A stretch of DNA of 64,000 nucleotides from Calditrichales bacterium (GCA_965267575.1 OZ254086.1:3104001-3168000), one strand, 5' to 3'; positions 49,227-59,848 are shown, counted from the first letter of the stretch. Notes: generated by a model not told the origin, from the sequence alone. A program made the numbers and translations.

Positions 49227-50172
49227 GTATGCTCCCGATGATGGCACTGGCGTGCTCCCGGGCGTTTTCGATAAACCAGCGACCCGTTTTTAGTCCGCCA
49301 ATCACCACGCCGGCCATGTAGACGCCGGGAAGGTTGGTCTCAAGTGTTTCCGGATTATGCACGGGTGTCAGGTCTTTGTCCTTTTGAATATGAAGACCCA
49401 ACTTTTTAAGGAAAGAGTAGTCGGGGCGGTAGCCGGTCATCGCCAGAACAAAATCATTCACGATAGTTATTGGGCCTTCAGGCGCTTCAATATCCACTTC
49501 TTTTTCCCGAATGGCCGTTAAGCGGCTGTTAAACCAGGCTTTGATCGAACCTTCCCTGATGCGGTTTTCGATATTGGGACGAATCCAATATTTGACGCTA
49601 TCCTTGATTTTATCGCCACGATGCACCAGGGTAACGGTGGCACCTTTGAGATAAGTTTCCAGCGCCACATCGCAAGCGGAATTGCCGGCACCCACCACAA
49701 CGAGGTTCTGACCCACATACGGATGCGGCTCATCATAGTAATGTTTCACTTTGGGCAGGTCTTCGCCCGGGATACCAAGCGTGTTGGGCGTGTCATAAAA
49801 TCCCGTGGCAATGATTATATTTTTGGCACTGTAGCGGCCTTTTGAAGTGACAACCTCGTAAGACTCCTTATTGCGCTGCAGGCTTTCCACCTTTTCATAA
49901 ACGTTGATATTAAGCTCCCACGCCTCCACAACCCGGCGAAAATATTCGAGCGACTCGCGGCGTGTCGGCTTATCACCGTGTGCGATAAACGGTACATCAC
50001 CGATTTCCAGCAGATTGGACGTAGAGAAAAACGTCATGTTGGTCGGGAAATGAAACAGGGAATTGACCAGAACACCTTTTTCGATGATCAGCGTGTTCAG
50101 TCCGTTTCTTTTTGCTTCAATGGCGCAGGTAATACCAATGGGCCCTCCGCCGATTATAATGATATCAAACAT
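49207..50172 (-). CDS. ypdA: YpdA-family putative bacillithiol disulfide reductase
   Basis: GGGPIG, FFST..LLEIG, KPTRRESLEYF, ATGFYD, GAGNSA, VKYWIRP, FIENAREH; no CxxC. Confidence 0.88.
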   Translation of the reverse strand: MFDIIIIGGGPIGITCAIEAKRNGLNTLIIEKGVLVNSLFHFPTNMTFFSTSNLLEIGDVPFIAHGDKPTRRESLEYFRRVVEAWELNINVYEKVESLQRNKESYEVVTSKGRYSAKNIIIATGFYDTPNTLGIPGEDLPKVKHYYDEPHPYVGQNLVVVGAGNSACDVALETYLKGATVTLVHRGDKIKDSVKYWIRPNIENRIREGSIKAWFNSRLTAIREKEVDIEAPEGPITIVNDFVLAMTGYRPDYSFLKKLGLHIQKDKDLTPVHNPETLETNLPGVYMAGVVIGGLKTGRWFIENAREHASAIIGSIQKKAAR

Positions 50173-50226
50173 TAAAAAGCTACACATTCCTTTTGTTTAT
50201 AACTATGGGCAAGTATCTGATTACCT

Positions 50227-50838
50227 CTATTCCTTTTCCAGCAGCATAAAATACTCGCGCCCTAATCGCGCCGGGTGCGAGTTATGTGCTTCCTCAAAAA
50301 CGCGAATATGGAACAACGGCTCAAAATAGGCCAGATATTCCGCTGCGTCACCACCAAACGGCGGCTTTTCCTGACCCTCTTCAAGTGGAAAAGAAAACAG
50401 TAAACCGGCCAGCTTACCACCATGTTTCAGGATTTTGTGCATATGCCGGGCATAGGCCTCCCGCTGCTGCGGATGCAAGGCGCAAAAAAAGGTCTGCTCC
50501 AGAATAAGATCGTATTTTTTGCTAATCGAAAAAAAATCAGCATGAAGCAGGCGGGCTTCCGGGAAATCAGGTACCCTTGTTTTTAGATTCTGCAAGGGCA
50601 GGCGGGATAGATCAACAACGTCAATATGGCGGAAACCTCTGTTCCAAAGGTACTCGGCCTCCCAGGCGTTTCCCGCTCCGGGAATCAGAATCTCGATAGA
50701 CTTGTCAGGCAATTGGTCTATGTAAGCTTTAAGCGGCGGGGATACATGGCCCATATCCCATGGAATGCGCTGCTCAACATAATGGGCATCCCAAAAACCG
50801 CGACCAAAATTATTGTCTGTCTTACCGTCCGCACTCAT
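50227..50838 (-). CDS. TPMT-family thiol/halide/selenium methyltransferase
   Basis: FWDAHY...WDMG..SPPL, LIPGAGNAWE, EQTFFCAL, PPFGG. Confidence 0.85.
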   Translation of the reverse strand: MSADGKTDNNFGRGFWDAHYVEQRIPWDMGHVSPPLKAYIDQLPDKSIEILIPGAGNAWEAEYLWNRGFRHIDVVDLSRLPLQNLKTRVPDFPEARLLHADFFSISKKYDLILEQTFFCALHPQQREAYARHMHKILKHGGKLAGLLFSFPLEEGQEKPPFGGDAAEYLAYFEPLFHIRVFEEAHNSHPARLGREYFMLLEKE

Positions 50839-50840
50839 TT

Positions 50841-51977
50841 TTATTTGCCGCTGCCGTAAACCTTTTCGTAAACATCCTGGTAATTTTCTTTCATCTTTTC
50901 CAGCGCAAAGTGGCCAGCCGCATGTTGCGCCGCTCCTTGAGACATTTTTTTTCTAAATTCCGGTTCATCTATCAATCGGCCCAGCGCCGCCGACAACTGT
51001 TCAACATTATCGGATTCAAATAAGATTCCGGTCTGCTCATGGTTCACCAGTTCCGGGTTGCCGCCAACACGCGAAGCCACCACGGGCAGACCACAGGTCA
51101 TGGCTTCCTGTATCACATTAGAGCAACCTTCGCTAAGCGAGGGCAGAGCAAAAATATCAAAGCCGTTTAAGAAGCCCGCAACATCCTTGCGAATTCCCGC
51201 AAACTGAATGTGCTCTTTCACGTCCAGATCCTGCGCCAGCTTTTCCAGTTGCGGCCGCAGAGAATTGAGCCTTGAATCACCAACGATGGTAATCAGAAAA
51301 GAGCGTTTTTCTTTTTTTAGTTGCTGCGCCGCCCGCACCAGAAGCTGCTGGTTTTTTACCTTTACCGTTCGGCCAACCGTTCCAATCCATAGTGTGTCGG
51401 GGTTGTTCAGATTCTCTTGTCTGTACTGTCTACGCATTTCCGCATCACGATGGAAGACTGCCGTATCCACGCCGTTATAAATGGTCTTTATTTTTGCACG
51501 CGGGTAGCCTGTAACTTCCGCCAGTTTATCGGCCAGTTCGCCGGAAACGGAAAGCACCTGATCACAACGGCGGAAAAAGATATTTTGAATGGTGCGATGC
51601 GGAAATCCTTTGGGAAAAGTGCCGTGCTCTCCGTGAATGATCTTCGGGACACCTGCCAGCCGTGCCGCCAGAACGCCCTCCACAAGCGTGCCCCAGGAAT
51701 GGGTGTGCACGATATCGATCTTATGTTCGCGAAAGTAGCGGGCAAGCTTGTAGATTAATGACGGGTCATTGCCGGGTTTTTTATTCAGCGCGTGCAGAAC
51801 GGTCTTGTCCGTATCCAGGGTCAGTGCGTCAAACACCTTATCAAACACGATCAGGTATGGGGCGTAACGTTCGGCATCCAGGGCATTCAGCAGCTTTACG
51901 ATCCCGGTTTCCTTGCCGGCCGGCCCCAAATAATTGACCAGGTGCGCGACGCGGATTTTTCTCCTGCCCTCACTCAT
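50841..51977 (-). CDS. GT4 glycosyltransferase
   Basis: HTHSW, IIHGEHG, NGVD, KVKNQ, SLSEGCSNVIQEAM, VGGNPE; start moved to ATG 51977. Confidence 0.9.
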   Translation of the reverse strand: MSEGRRKIRVAHLVNYLGPAGKETGIVKLLNALDAERYAPYLIVFDKVFDALTLDTDKTVLHALNKKPGNDPSLIYKLARYFREHKIDIVHTHSWGTLVEGVLAARLAGVPKIIHGEHGTFPKGFPHRTIQNIFFRRCDQVLSVSGELADKLAEVTGYPRAKIKTIYNGVDTAVFHRDAEMRRQYRQENLNNPDTLWIGTVGRTVKVKNQQLLVRAAQQLKKEKRSFLITIVGDSRLNSLRPQLEKLAQDLDVKEHIQFAGIRKDVAGFLNGFDIFALPSLSEGCSNVIQEAMTCGLPVVASRVGGNPELVNHEQTGILFESDNVEQLSAALGRLIDEPEFRKKMSQGAAQHAAGHFALEKMKENYQDVYEKVYGSGK

Positions 51978-53220
51978 GTCCCGGAACCCTGTCTCTGAAC
52001 TGTTGACAGATGTATTCATGCAGACGTTTTAAAAAAGGCAGCGGGTCATCAAAGGCGAAAATGGGTGTATTAAAGGATGGCTTTGCGGCGCCAAGGAAAT
52101 GAAGCAGGCCTTTTTCCTTTTGCCGGAAATTTTCATAGCGGGCTTTTACCTCCGGCCACCAATAAATGTGCTTAACGCCCGTTTTATAAGTGTCGACAGG
52201 ATCAATTTTATCCTGCAGCAAATCTTTAAGGGCCAATTCGATAATATTTATGGAACAGCTCGCCGGGAACAGATTGTACCACCAGCTACGGGCGTTCAAT
52301 TCGATAAATTTATATTTGTCCTTACCGGAGTCATATTTCACTTCAAGGCTGAAGATGCCCCTGTATTGCGTATGTTCAAGCAGCTTTTTCATGTTTGAAA
52401 CGGCGGGCCTGATCTCATCCTGCGCGATGGAAACCATCGATGTGCTGTTGCCCCAGCGCGGCGGGTACATATGCAGTCTGCGCCTGGCAAAGAGCGCCGC
52501 CAACGTTCCGTTTTTGTCCACATAGCCGTCAATAAAGTAATGCAGCTCGGAAAAACCGGGCACTATTTCCGTAATCATCATTTCCAGATCATTTTCCCTG
52601 CAGAGATCAAGGTATTTATCCAATTCCTGCGCGTTGTTTACCGTAAAGCCTTTCAATCCCTGAAACTTTTCTCTGAACAGGTGCGATTGTTGCGGCTTTA
52701 GGAAAAGCGGAAACTCGTAGTCGGAAAATTCTTCCGCGCGGGCGTCTTTGTCCACAATATCTGTTTTTGGGTAGGGAATATGTAATTTTTCCAGGAGACT
52801 GTAAAAGCTCCATTTATCAATAAAAAGATCCAGAGCTTTTTTGTCGGGAATGTTTACATACAGATTTTGGACACGTTCTTTTATTTCTGCCAGCGCGGTC
52901 AGGGACTTGTCGGAGCTGGGAAATACACAAAGCGCCGCATCTGGGTTTTCCGTCCCGATTTCTTCAAGGACCCCCGCAAGAATGTTTGGATCGCTTGAAA
53001 CACCATCCTTTATAATAAGCCTTGAACAGTAACGGGATTTTGCCGCGTAATTTTTGCCCTCAGCCAGCGCGATTACTTTCACCCCGCTTCGGCCCAGATT
53101 CCTTATCAGGCCCAAACCGTTAATACCGAGTCCAATTACAATAGCTATCGCATTCTTCATATAATGTTCTTTTCGGATTGTTTGATCGCCACGGGAGCGT
53201 CCCTCTGTTGCGGTTATCAT
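51970..53220 (-). CDS. ATP-grasp carboxylate-amine ligase (D-aspartate ligase-like)
   Basis: NGLGLIRNLG, SRY, DKWSF, FPLFLKP, EIVPG, FIELNAR; ATGA overlap with the ankyrin gene (alternative start 53160). Confidence 0.8.
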   Translation of the reverse strand: MITATEGRSRGDQTIRKEHYMKNAIAIVIGLGINGLGLIRNLGRSGVKVIALAEGKNYAAKSRYCSRLIIKDGVSSDPNILAGVLEEIGTENPDAALCVFPSSDKSLTALAEIKERVQNLYVNIPDKKALDLFIDKWSFYSLLEKLHIPYPKTDIVDKDARAEEFSDYEFPLFLKPQQSHLFREKFQGLKGFTVNNAQELDKYLDLCRENDLEMMITEIVPGFSELHYFIDGYVDKNGTLAALFARRRLHMYPPRWGNSTSMVSIAQDEIRPAVSNMKKLLEHTQYRGIFSLEVKYDSGKDKYKFIELNARSWWYNLFPASCSINIIELALKDLLQDKIDPVDTYKTGVKHIYWWPEVKARYENFRQKEKGLLHFLGAAKPSFNTPIFAFDDPLPFLKRLHEYICQQFRDRVPGHE

Positions 53221-53870
53221 TTTTTCAGCCATTGGGCCAGTTTCTTATGACCGCCCTCCAAGGCAAGCTCCACGGGTGTTCGGCCGTCTTCCATTTGGGA
53301 GTCTTTCTTTGCGCCCCTGGCCACCAGCAGTGCAGCCATGCTGTCGTCGCCCCTGTGCGCCGCGGAATGCAGGGCTGTAACGCCCTTGGCCTGTTTCATA
53401 TTCGGGTCTGCGAGATTATCCAGCAAAAGCCGGGCAATTTCCAGGTTTCCGGTTGCTGCCGCTGAATGCAGCGCCGTCACCTTAAAGTCATTCTGTGCCG
53501 CTGCGTTGATTTCCGCGCCTTTTGTGAGCAAATAAGCCACAACCTCGGTTTGTCCAAAAAACGTAGCCAGGCCCAGCGCACTGAAGCCATCGGCGGCCGG
53601 CCGGTTGATCATATCAGGAAGTTCGGCAAGAACCAGCTCAAGTTGAAGCAAATCGCCCAGCGCGGCGGCTTCATAAATGTTCAGGCTTTTGTAATGATCA
53701 CGGATGGTTTCAACCAGTTTTTTGTTCCTGTGGTAGGCGGCCAGCATTAAAGGCGATATACCCGAAGGCAATACCTGTGTGGCCAGACGTGCCTTTTTCT
53801 GCAGCAGTTTTTTTACAGCCAGCACATCGCCTTTGCTGATCAGATCCTGCAGTATCTTGCTATCGGACAT
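53217..53870 (-). CDS. Ankyrin repeat protein
   Basis: SPLMLAA, SALGLA, TALHSAA twice, TPVELA; start moved to ATG 53870. Confidence 0.9.
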   Translation of the reverse strand: MSDSKILQDLISKGDVLAVKKLLQKKARLATQVLPSGISPLMLAAYHRNKKLVETIRDHYKSLNIYEAAALGDLLQLELVLAELPDMINRPAADGFSALGLATFFGQTEVVAYLLTKGAEINAAAQNDFKVTALHSAAATGNLEIARLLLDNLADPNMKQAKGVTALHSAAHRGDDSMAALLVARGAKKDSQMEDGRTPVELALEGGHKKLAQWLKK

Positions 53871-54891
53871 AAACGGTTTTCTCCTGCCGTCCAGTAAGCT
53901 TTCCAAATGGTTTCAGATCGTAGCCCTCAGAGCGCACAAACGTTTCGAATTCCGCGGCACTTTCTTCACGGACGGCGACCAGCAAACCACCGCTTGTCTG
54001 CGGATCGCATAAAATGTTGCGCTGCGGTTCAGTCATCCCGGCTATGCTGCTGCCGTAGCTGTCATGATTGCGTTTTGTGCCACCGGGAAAGCACTTATTA
54101 TCGACATATTTTTCAAGATTTTTCAATAAAGGTACGTTTTTCGCTTCGACTTCAGCGCTTAGTTTGCTGCCATCGCATATCTCAATCAGGTGACCCATAA
54201 GGCCAAAACCGGTCACGTCGGTCATGCAGGTCACATAGTCCAGCCGCCCCAGTTGTTCGCCGATGTCGTTTGGCTTCAGCATCAGTTCAATCACAAGTTG
54301 TTCGTCCTCCCTTTGCAGAAGCCCCCTCTTTTGTGCCGTGGTCATAATGCCTATGCCGATTGGCTTGGTCAGATAAAGCAGGCTTCCCGCCAGTGCCATG
54401 TCGTTACTGCGCAGGTGTTTTTTATCCGCCAGGCCGGTTACCGCCAACCCGAAGATCGGTTCCGGTGCGTCGATACTGTGGCCGCCTGCCAAAGGAATAC
54501 CTGCCTTCGCGCAGGCTTCACGCGCTCCTTCCAGCACTTCTCCGGCTACTTCCGCAGCCAGTTTATCCACGGGCCAGCCAAGTATGGCGATGGCCATTAA
54601 AGGCGATCCGCCCATGGCATACACATCACTGATGGCGTTTACCGAAGCGATGCCGCCAAAATGCTTTGGATCATCCACGATTGGCATAAAGAAGTCGGTT
54701 GTACTAATTACGACGCGTTGCTCGTCAATGGCATAAACGGCAGCATCATCGCGGGCATCGTTGCCCACTAGCAGGTTAGGGTGCGGCAACTGCTTGCCGG
54801 CACGCTCAAGGATAGAGCTAAGCACCTGCGGCGCAATTTTGCAGCCACAGCCGGCACCATGGGAGTAGGCGGTAAGTTTTATTTTTTCCAT
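53860..54891 (-). CDS. selD: Selenide, water dikinase (Cys-type)
   Basis: [46 protein letters not shown]. Confidence 0.96.
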   Translation of the reverse strand: MEKIKLTAYSHGAGCGCKIAPQVLSSILERAGKQLPHPNLLVGNDARDDAAVYAIDEQRVVISTTDFFMPIVDDPKHFGGIASVNAISDVYAMGGSPLMAIAILGWPVDKLAAEVAGEVLEGAREACAKAGIPLAGGHSIDAPEPIFGLAVTGLADKKHLRSNDMALAGSLLYLTKPIGIGIMTTAQKRGLLQREDEQLVIELMLKPNDIGEQLGRLDYVTCMTDVTGFGLMGHLIEICDGSKLSAEVEAKNVPLLKNLEKYVDNKCFPGGTKRNHDSYGSSIAGMTEPQRNILCDPQTSGGLLVAVREESAAEFETFVRSEGYDLKPFGKLTGRQEKTVYVR

Positions 54892-55934
54892 ATTGAGTTA
54901 TCCGTTTTTCTTATTTCCTTTAACAGGATTTGCGCATTGGCGGCGGCATCTTCATGGGGCAGAGTAATGTCGGCCACAATTTTATCATGAAAACGTTCGC
55001 GGCTGTGGCGGTAGCTTTGATCGTAGTATTCCAGCAGGCCCCCTGCTACTTCCGCCAGCTTATTTTGCGCTAACAGCTCCTGCAGTTCACCAACCTTTTT
55101 GCCACCCAGTTTTTCTTTCAGTTTGCCGATATTATCGCTCAGGATTTCGCTGGGAAGGGGTCCGTATTCCTCAACAAGCCGCCTTACACGATAGGCTTCT
55201 GGGAGATCAATCATGACCATGGGCGCTTGCTTCATCACTTGCCACAGGTTATCCGGCAAATGCACGCGTCCGATTGTCGGGCTTTCAGCCTCCAGCCAGA
55301 TACGCCGGCTCAAATCCATATTGCGCAGGGCCATATAGAGATCGTTGTGAAACTGCTCGCTGCTAGGCTGGCTGCTATTATGGTCTGCCCCAAAAGCGGA
55401 TCCTTTGTGGCAGGCAATCGCCTCCAGGTCTAAAGCCTGTTCACCGCAACATGCCAGCTCGCGCAGTATCGCCGTTTTTCCACAGCCCGTCGGCCCCTGC
55501 AAAACGAGTGGCCTTTCGATCTTTAAAAAGGTCTGCATCATCAGCCGGCGAAATGCTTTATAGCCGCCTTTGAGAACAAAACACTGCAGACCGGTCAGTT
55601 CAAACAGCCAGGCCATCTTTTCGCTGCGCATCCCGCCGCGCCAGCAGTAAACATAGCGCTTGGCATCTGCGTCAAGTTTCTGCGCTTGCCGTGCCATGGC
55701 GCTCATTTTCGGGCCTACAAACTCCAGCCCCTTCTGTATGGCCTGAATCCTTCCAAGCTGTTTATATACGATACCCACATTATGGCGTTCTTCATTGGAA
55801 AAAAGCGGAATATTCACTGCACCCGGTATATGTCCGGCTTCATATTCCGCCGGAGAACGCACATCGATAACAGGCGCATTATCCGCATATGTCAGGTATT
55901 CGTTTGCTTCAAGATATTTCACATTGTTGCTCAT
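54879..55934 (-). CDS. mnmH: tRNA 2-selenouridine synthase
   Basis: Rhodanese [30 protein letters not shown]-loop [15 protein letters not shown]. Confidence 0.94.
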   Translation of the reverse strand: MSNNVKYLEANEYLTYADNAPVIDVRSPAEYEAGHIPGAVNIPLFSNEERHNVGIVYKQLGRIQAIQKGLEFVGPKMSAMARQAQKLDADAKRYVYCWRGGMRSEKMAWLFELTGLQCFVLKGGYKAFRRLMMQTFLKIERPLVLQGPTGCGKTAILRELACCGEQALDLEAIACHKGSAFGADHNSSQPSSEQFHNDLYMALRNMDLSRRIWLEAESPTIGRVHLPDNLWQVMKQAPMVMIDLPEAYRVRRLVEEYGPLPSEILSDNIGKLKEKLGGKKVGELQELLAQNKLAEVAGGLLEYYDQSYRHSRERFHDKIVADITLPHEDAAANAQILLKEIRKTDNSIWKK

Positions 55935-56014
55935 ATTATTTCAGGAAAAACAAATATACATAAAATGTGTGGATGTTTGCAGGGGAGTTTGTCTGTTTGG
56001 CTGCCCGGCGGTAA

Positions 56015-56449
56015 TTAAATGGCAAGCTCCATAAACACGGCCGATGAGGGGCAGATTTCCCTGAATTCCCTGCTGCCGCGTATGGCATCAGGAGCTTTGT
56101 CGCGGTGGATTTCATTAAAGCCAAATAAGGTGAAATAGCTTTCCGCAGTGGTCGTAAGCAGATAGATTGTTTTCAGGCCTTTTGCTTTGGCGTGTTCAAG
56201 CACCTTTTTCGTGACAATTTTGCCCAGGCCCTCGCCGCGCTTTGCCGGTGCAACCGCCACTGAGCGCAGCAGGCCGGCGTCTCCGTAAAATTCAATCGCC
56301 GCGCAAGCGATGATTGTATTATCCTCAAGCAGGAAAAACGTTTGCAGGGAAAGGTCAATATCGTCAACCGGCAGATCGCACTCCGCCAGAAGCCGCTTGA
56401 TTGCGGGCAGATCCGTATTCCGGGCAACACGTGGAAGCAGGGCATTCAT
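56015..56449 (-). CDS. GNAT N-acetyltransferase, ArsN2-like
   Basis: LLRSVAV..AKRGEGLG, YLLTTTAESYF, SREF..ICPSSA. Confidence 0.8.
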   Translation of the reverse strand: MNALLPRVARNTDLPAIKRLLAECDLPVDDIDLSLQTFFLLEDNTIIACAAIEFYGDAGLLRSVAVAPAKRGEGLGKIVTKKVLEHAKAKGLKTIYLLTTTAESYFTLFGFNEIHRDKAPDAIRGSREFREICPSSAVFMELAI

Positions 56450-56451
56450 AT

Positions 56452-56859
56452 TTAAAAAAACATGCGTATAACTTTGCGCGCAACTATTGAGAGGACGCCC
56501 ATGGCGAATCCCGTTGCTGCCCCGGTCATCGGGCCAATGATTAGCAGGATAACCATGCGCGGGCTCATGCCTTGCGGCAGTTTGCTGAAGCCGGCGGCAG
56601 CGCGCACGTTATTGGCAACATACATTTCATAAAAGGCCGATTGTATCATGCCGTTTAAAATGCCCCAAAAGAGACCTATGATCAATAGTTGAATAAACAT
56701 CCACATGGTGGAATCAACGTTTTTCAGCATGACAAGGACGGTGAACAATCCCAGGAAAAGCCACAGGTAGAGCTCAATGTTCTGCGTATAGCCCTTCAGC
56801 GAAAGGATGCCCATAAACAGGGCCGGCAGAGAAAGAATAATCAATAAAAACCAATTCAT
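56452..56859 (-). CDS. Hypothetical membrane protein
   Basis: Four hydrophobic segments; 2 bp from the GNAT start. Confidence 0.65.
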   Translation of the reverse strand: MNWFLLIILSLPALFMGILSLKGYTQNIELYLWLFLGLFTVLVMLKNVDSTMWMFIQLLIIGLFWGILNGMIQSAFYEMYVANNVRAAAGFSKLPQGMSPRMVILLIIGPMTGAATGFAMGVLSIVARKVIRMFF

Positions 56860-56925
56860 AGAAATACGCTTTTTTGTATAAGCGCAATATTAACACAAAA
56901 GCTTGAAAGGTAAAAATGGAATTAT

Positions 56926-56951
56926 AAAAAAGCCCGCCGGAAGCGGGCTTT
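56926..56951 (-). terminator. Rho-independent terminator
   Basis: AAAGCCCGC-N5-GCGGGC followed by T6 on the minus strand. Confidence 0.85.
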
Positions 56952-56965
56952 CGTTGTTTCGCTGA

Positions 56966-57952
56966 TTATTTAGATGCCATGGCTGCTGCCGGCGTAAAAC
57001 GCTCCGGCAAATGATTAACCGGTTCCAGCGACATCAGGTAATCGTAAATGGCGCCAAGGTCGCTCTCTTTCATGCCGGCATACTGTATCCAGGGCATGAT
57101 CGTGTTAAAGCTGCCCGGATCAACCGCATGCGGCGTATAGGTGCTGTCGGCATATTTTTTAAATTTTGCAATAAACTCTTCGCGGCTGAGATTGCCGATA
57201 CCCGTCTCTTTGTCCGGTGTAATATTGGCCGACCTTACGACGTCACCGGATGGCAGCTTGAATTCCATGCCACCGGCATATTGCATGCCTGCCACCGGCT
57301 TTCCCTGTTCCATCGGCGTGTGGCAATCTCCGCAGGAAGCCATAGTAATTACATATTTCCCATAGGCAATTTTATCCGCTGTATCCGGCCGTGCGCCGCG
57401 CTCGCTGACTGTTGGCATAAGATTAATGATAAAGTTCATCGGGAATTTGGTGGTGGATGGCTCCATCTCACCTTCAACCGGCGGCAATGTCCGGATATAT
57501 GCGATCATAGCGTAGATGTCTTCGTCGCTCAGTTGCGCGTAATTGGCCCATGGCATTATCGGGAAAAGAGCATCACCGTCTTTATTAACGCCTGCCGTGA
57601 TGGCGCGGTAAATTTCGCCGTCCGTCCAATCGCCAAGTTTGGCGGGCGTAATGTTTTTGGCGGTAAAATAACCGACCTCCGTATCAAAGACCTCACCGCC
57701 GGCGCCTTCTGTTCCGGCAACACGCGGTCCGGCGAATTTTGTCATATCACGGTGCGCGTGACAATCGGTACACAAAGCAACATTCTCAACCAGGTAGCGT
57801 CCGCGTTCAACACGCTCCGGCGTTATCTCAACTTTAATGTCCGGAGCGGGGCCGACATCAGGCAAAGCAAAACTGACATAAGACAAAGCCCCGGCCACGA
57901 TAATCACAATGGCCAACAATGGATATAATACAAATAAACGCAATTTGCGCAT
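56966..57952 (-). CDS. Membrane-anchored dihaem cytochrome c
   Basis: N-terminal TM; CTDCH and CGDCH; duplicated NITP...G.W/L and MPW motifs. Confidence 0.9.
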   Translation of the reverse strand: MRKLRLFVLYPLLAIVIIVAGALSYVSFALPDVGPAPDIKVEITPERVERGRYLVENVALCTDCHAHRDMTKFAGPRVAGTEGAGGEVFDTEVGYFTAKNITPAKLGDWTDGEIYRAITAGVNKDGDALFPIMPWANYAQLSDEDIYAMIAYIRTLPPVEGEMEPSTTKFPMNFIINLMPTVSERGARPDTADKIAYGKYVITMASCGDCHTPMEQGKPVAGMQYAGGMEFKLPSGDVVRSANITPDKETGIGNLSREEFIAKFKKYADSTYTPHAVDPGSFNTIMPWIQYAGMKESDLGAIYDYLMSLEPVNHLPERFTPAAAMASK

Positions 57953-58073
57953 AAGTGCCCCCTCAGTAATGTTTGGTTAGTGCTTTAAAAAAACGTTGGA
58001 TGGAAGGCGCAATATTAGCAACGGGCAAGGGCTATTGCAAGAGTGAACATTTCTAATTTATTAATTTGTGTGT

Positions 58074-58475
58074 CTAATCAAGAAAATAGGGGCGTTCTTC
58101 TTCAGCCGGCAGCCGGCAGCTTTCCCGCCGGCCAAACCAGCGGTATCTGTTGCGGGCAATCAAATTGTAAAGGCGGTCTCGAAAAGCCCGCGGAAACAGC
58201 ACGCCCAATCTGAAAATGTGCAGCCAGCCGCCAAGATCGCGGCAAATCTCCATAAAGGCGGCCGAACGCAACCAGGTTTGACCTTCTTTATAATAAACGA
58301 CGGAATCTACATCTTTGCGTATTTCCGGGGGGAGCATCTCGCTGGCCGTGCTGCCCTGCAGCGGCGCAAAGCGCAGCAGACGATGCTTGTCGCGCGCCAG
58401 CAAAAAATCCACGCTGCCGTTGCATAAAATGCAAAAACCATCAAAAAAGACAATGCGTGGATTGTTATTTGCCAT
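58074..58475 (-). CDS. DCC-family thiol-disulfide oxidoreductase
   Basis: FDGFCILC, FAPLQ, IARNRYRWFG. Confidence 0.9.
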   Translation of the reverse strand: MANNNPRIVFFDGFCILCNGSVDFLLARDKHRLLRFAPLQGSTASEMLPPEIRKDVDSVVYYKEGQTWLRSAAFMEICRDLGGWLHIFRLGVLFPRAFRDRLYNLIARNRYRWFGRRESCRLPAEEERPYFLD

Positions 58476-58481
58476 AACCGG

Positions 58482-59444
58482 TTACAGCAGATCAAGCAGG
58501 CGGATCAGGTAAACAAGAAAGATGCTGATCAGAAAACCCGCGAAAACCTTACCCAGATCGGCCTGGATCATACGAGCTGTTTTCTTACGGATCTTACGTT
58601 TACGAACATAATTAATGGCAAATTCGCGGCCACCCAAAATACCGATAAAGGCCCAGGTTGTACTCATCGGGATAGGGTTTACCACGGTAAATACAAACAG
58701 CCCCAATCCGTAAACAGCGTCTATGATTGTGGCGCTGCGAATATCGGACGTATTGGTTTTAGAGGTAACAATTTTCTGGATGCGCCCGCCGCGGATCTTC
58801 ATTAAGACAGCCAGCAGGACCAATAGCACAAACAGCGAAATAAGCAGAACCGGAAAATCGAGCTGCCGTGGCAAATAGACGTAGATATTTGCGAAATCCT
58901 GAATAAGCCACTGCCACCACAAAAATCCTGTAGTAACCCACTGCCCGGCAATCCACCAGGGATGGCTTTTATTCTCTTCTCCGGATAAGCTGGATTTTAT
59001 AAAGCGCATTTCGATACGCCGGGAAATGATTAGATAAACAATAAACGACAGTGAAAACGTTGCCATGTAAGCGACAACGGACTTAATGATCATTTTCTCA
59101 ATGACCTGGCTGGTAGAAAAAGCGCTCAATATCATAAAAGTTGTGCTAACGGGCATGCCAAATCGGGTAATGATAAGCAAAACGACAGGCGGCAGAATGA
59201 GCCACCATCTAAATTCATCGGGAAAGCCTATCGAGGAAAGGCGGCCATAGCTGACATCGCCATTATAAAAATACCACCCGGTTAGCAGTGCCGCCGTTAA
59301 AATGGTTGCGGCATAAAGCCATAAAATCCACCAGCGCCTCTCCCTGTTGGAAGAAAGAAAGGTACCGAGGGTCTGGATAACATCATTGGCGATTACGGCG
59401 TAGGCCGCGATTACAAATCCAATGGCGGGGAGAATCCATTCCAT
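58482..59444 (-). CDS. Multi-pass membrane protein, PiT/PHO4-like transporter
   Basis: IANDVIQTLGT and QDFAN repeats, PVSTT/PMSTT duplication, about 10 TM. Confidence 0.6.
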   Translation of the reverse strand: MEWILPAIGFVIAAYAVIANDVIQTLGTFLSSNRERRWWILWLYAATILTAALLTGWYFYNGDVSYGRLSSIGFPDEFRWWLILPPVVLLIITRFGMPVSTTFMILSAFSTSQVIEKMIIKSVVAYMATFSLSFIVYLIISRRIEMRFIKSSLSGEENKSHPWWIAGQWVTTGFLWWQWLIQDFANIYVYLPRQLDFPVLLISLFVLLVLLAVLMKIRGGRIQKIVTSKTNTSDIRSATIIDAVYGLGLFVFTVVNPIPMSTTWAFIGILGGREFAINYVRKRKIRKKTARMIQADLGKVFAGFLISIFLVYLIRLLDLL

Positions 59445-59848
59445 TATTGAACCTTTAGAGTTGTTGTTATTTCTGTGGAATCCTGCAGCAATTTATGCAC
59501 GGGGCACCGGTGGGAGATCTCTTCCATCCGTTCCTGCTGTTCTTTTTCCAGCTTTCCTTTAATTAGAATGTCCATATGAATTTTGCGTTTGTTTTTACCG
59601 CTGGGTTTTTCCGTGCTGATATCGAGGCTTATGTCATCCAGCTTATATTCCTTGCGGTTGGCATACATGCGCAGGGTGATAACTGTACAGCTTGCCAGGC
59701 TCATCAACATATACTCAATCGGCGTGGGACCGAGGTTTTTACCGCCTGCATCCTCCGGCTCATCTGCGATATACGTATGCGTGCTCCAGTCCATATGCGT
59801 AAGATAGTTTTCGTTATCATAAGACGTCGAAACTTTGATCGTGCTCAT
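59444..59848 (-). CDS. OsmC-family protein
   Basis: ADEP..GG.NLGPTP, LASCT..T..MYA, RCPVH. Confidence 0.9.
   Translation of the reverse strand: MSTIKVSTSYDNENYLTHMDWSTHTYIADEPEDAGGKNLGPTPIEYMLMSLASCTVITLRMYANRKEYKLDDISLDISTEKPSGKNKRKIHMDILIKGKLEKEQQERMEEISHRCPVHKLLQDSTEITTTLKVQ

Noticed and set aside
54841..54858. Selenocysteine in SelD, or other UGA read-through genes
   Set aside because: The active-site codons are TGT/TGC (Cys), and genes ending in TGA appear full length.
50841..54891. Canonical selenoneine cluster (senABC)
   Set aside because: There is no EgtB/SenA homolog and the GT lacks recognisable SenB features; kept only as a hypothesis for a different pathway.
4987..57928. Long antisense ORFs (4987-5991, 7210-8118, 11171-12298, 37799-38659, 57011-57928 and others)
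   Set aside because: Each lies opposite a gene with clear family motifs and shows no motifs itself; this is expected from codon bias.
58482..59444. Rhodopsin partner for the crtI-CCD pair
   Set aside because: About 10 TM helices with PiT-like repeats and no retinal-binding Lys motif.
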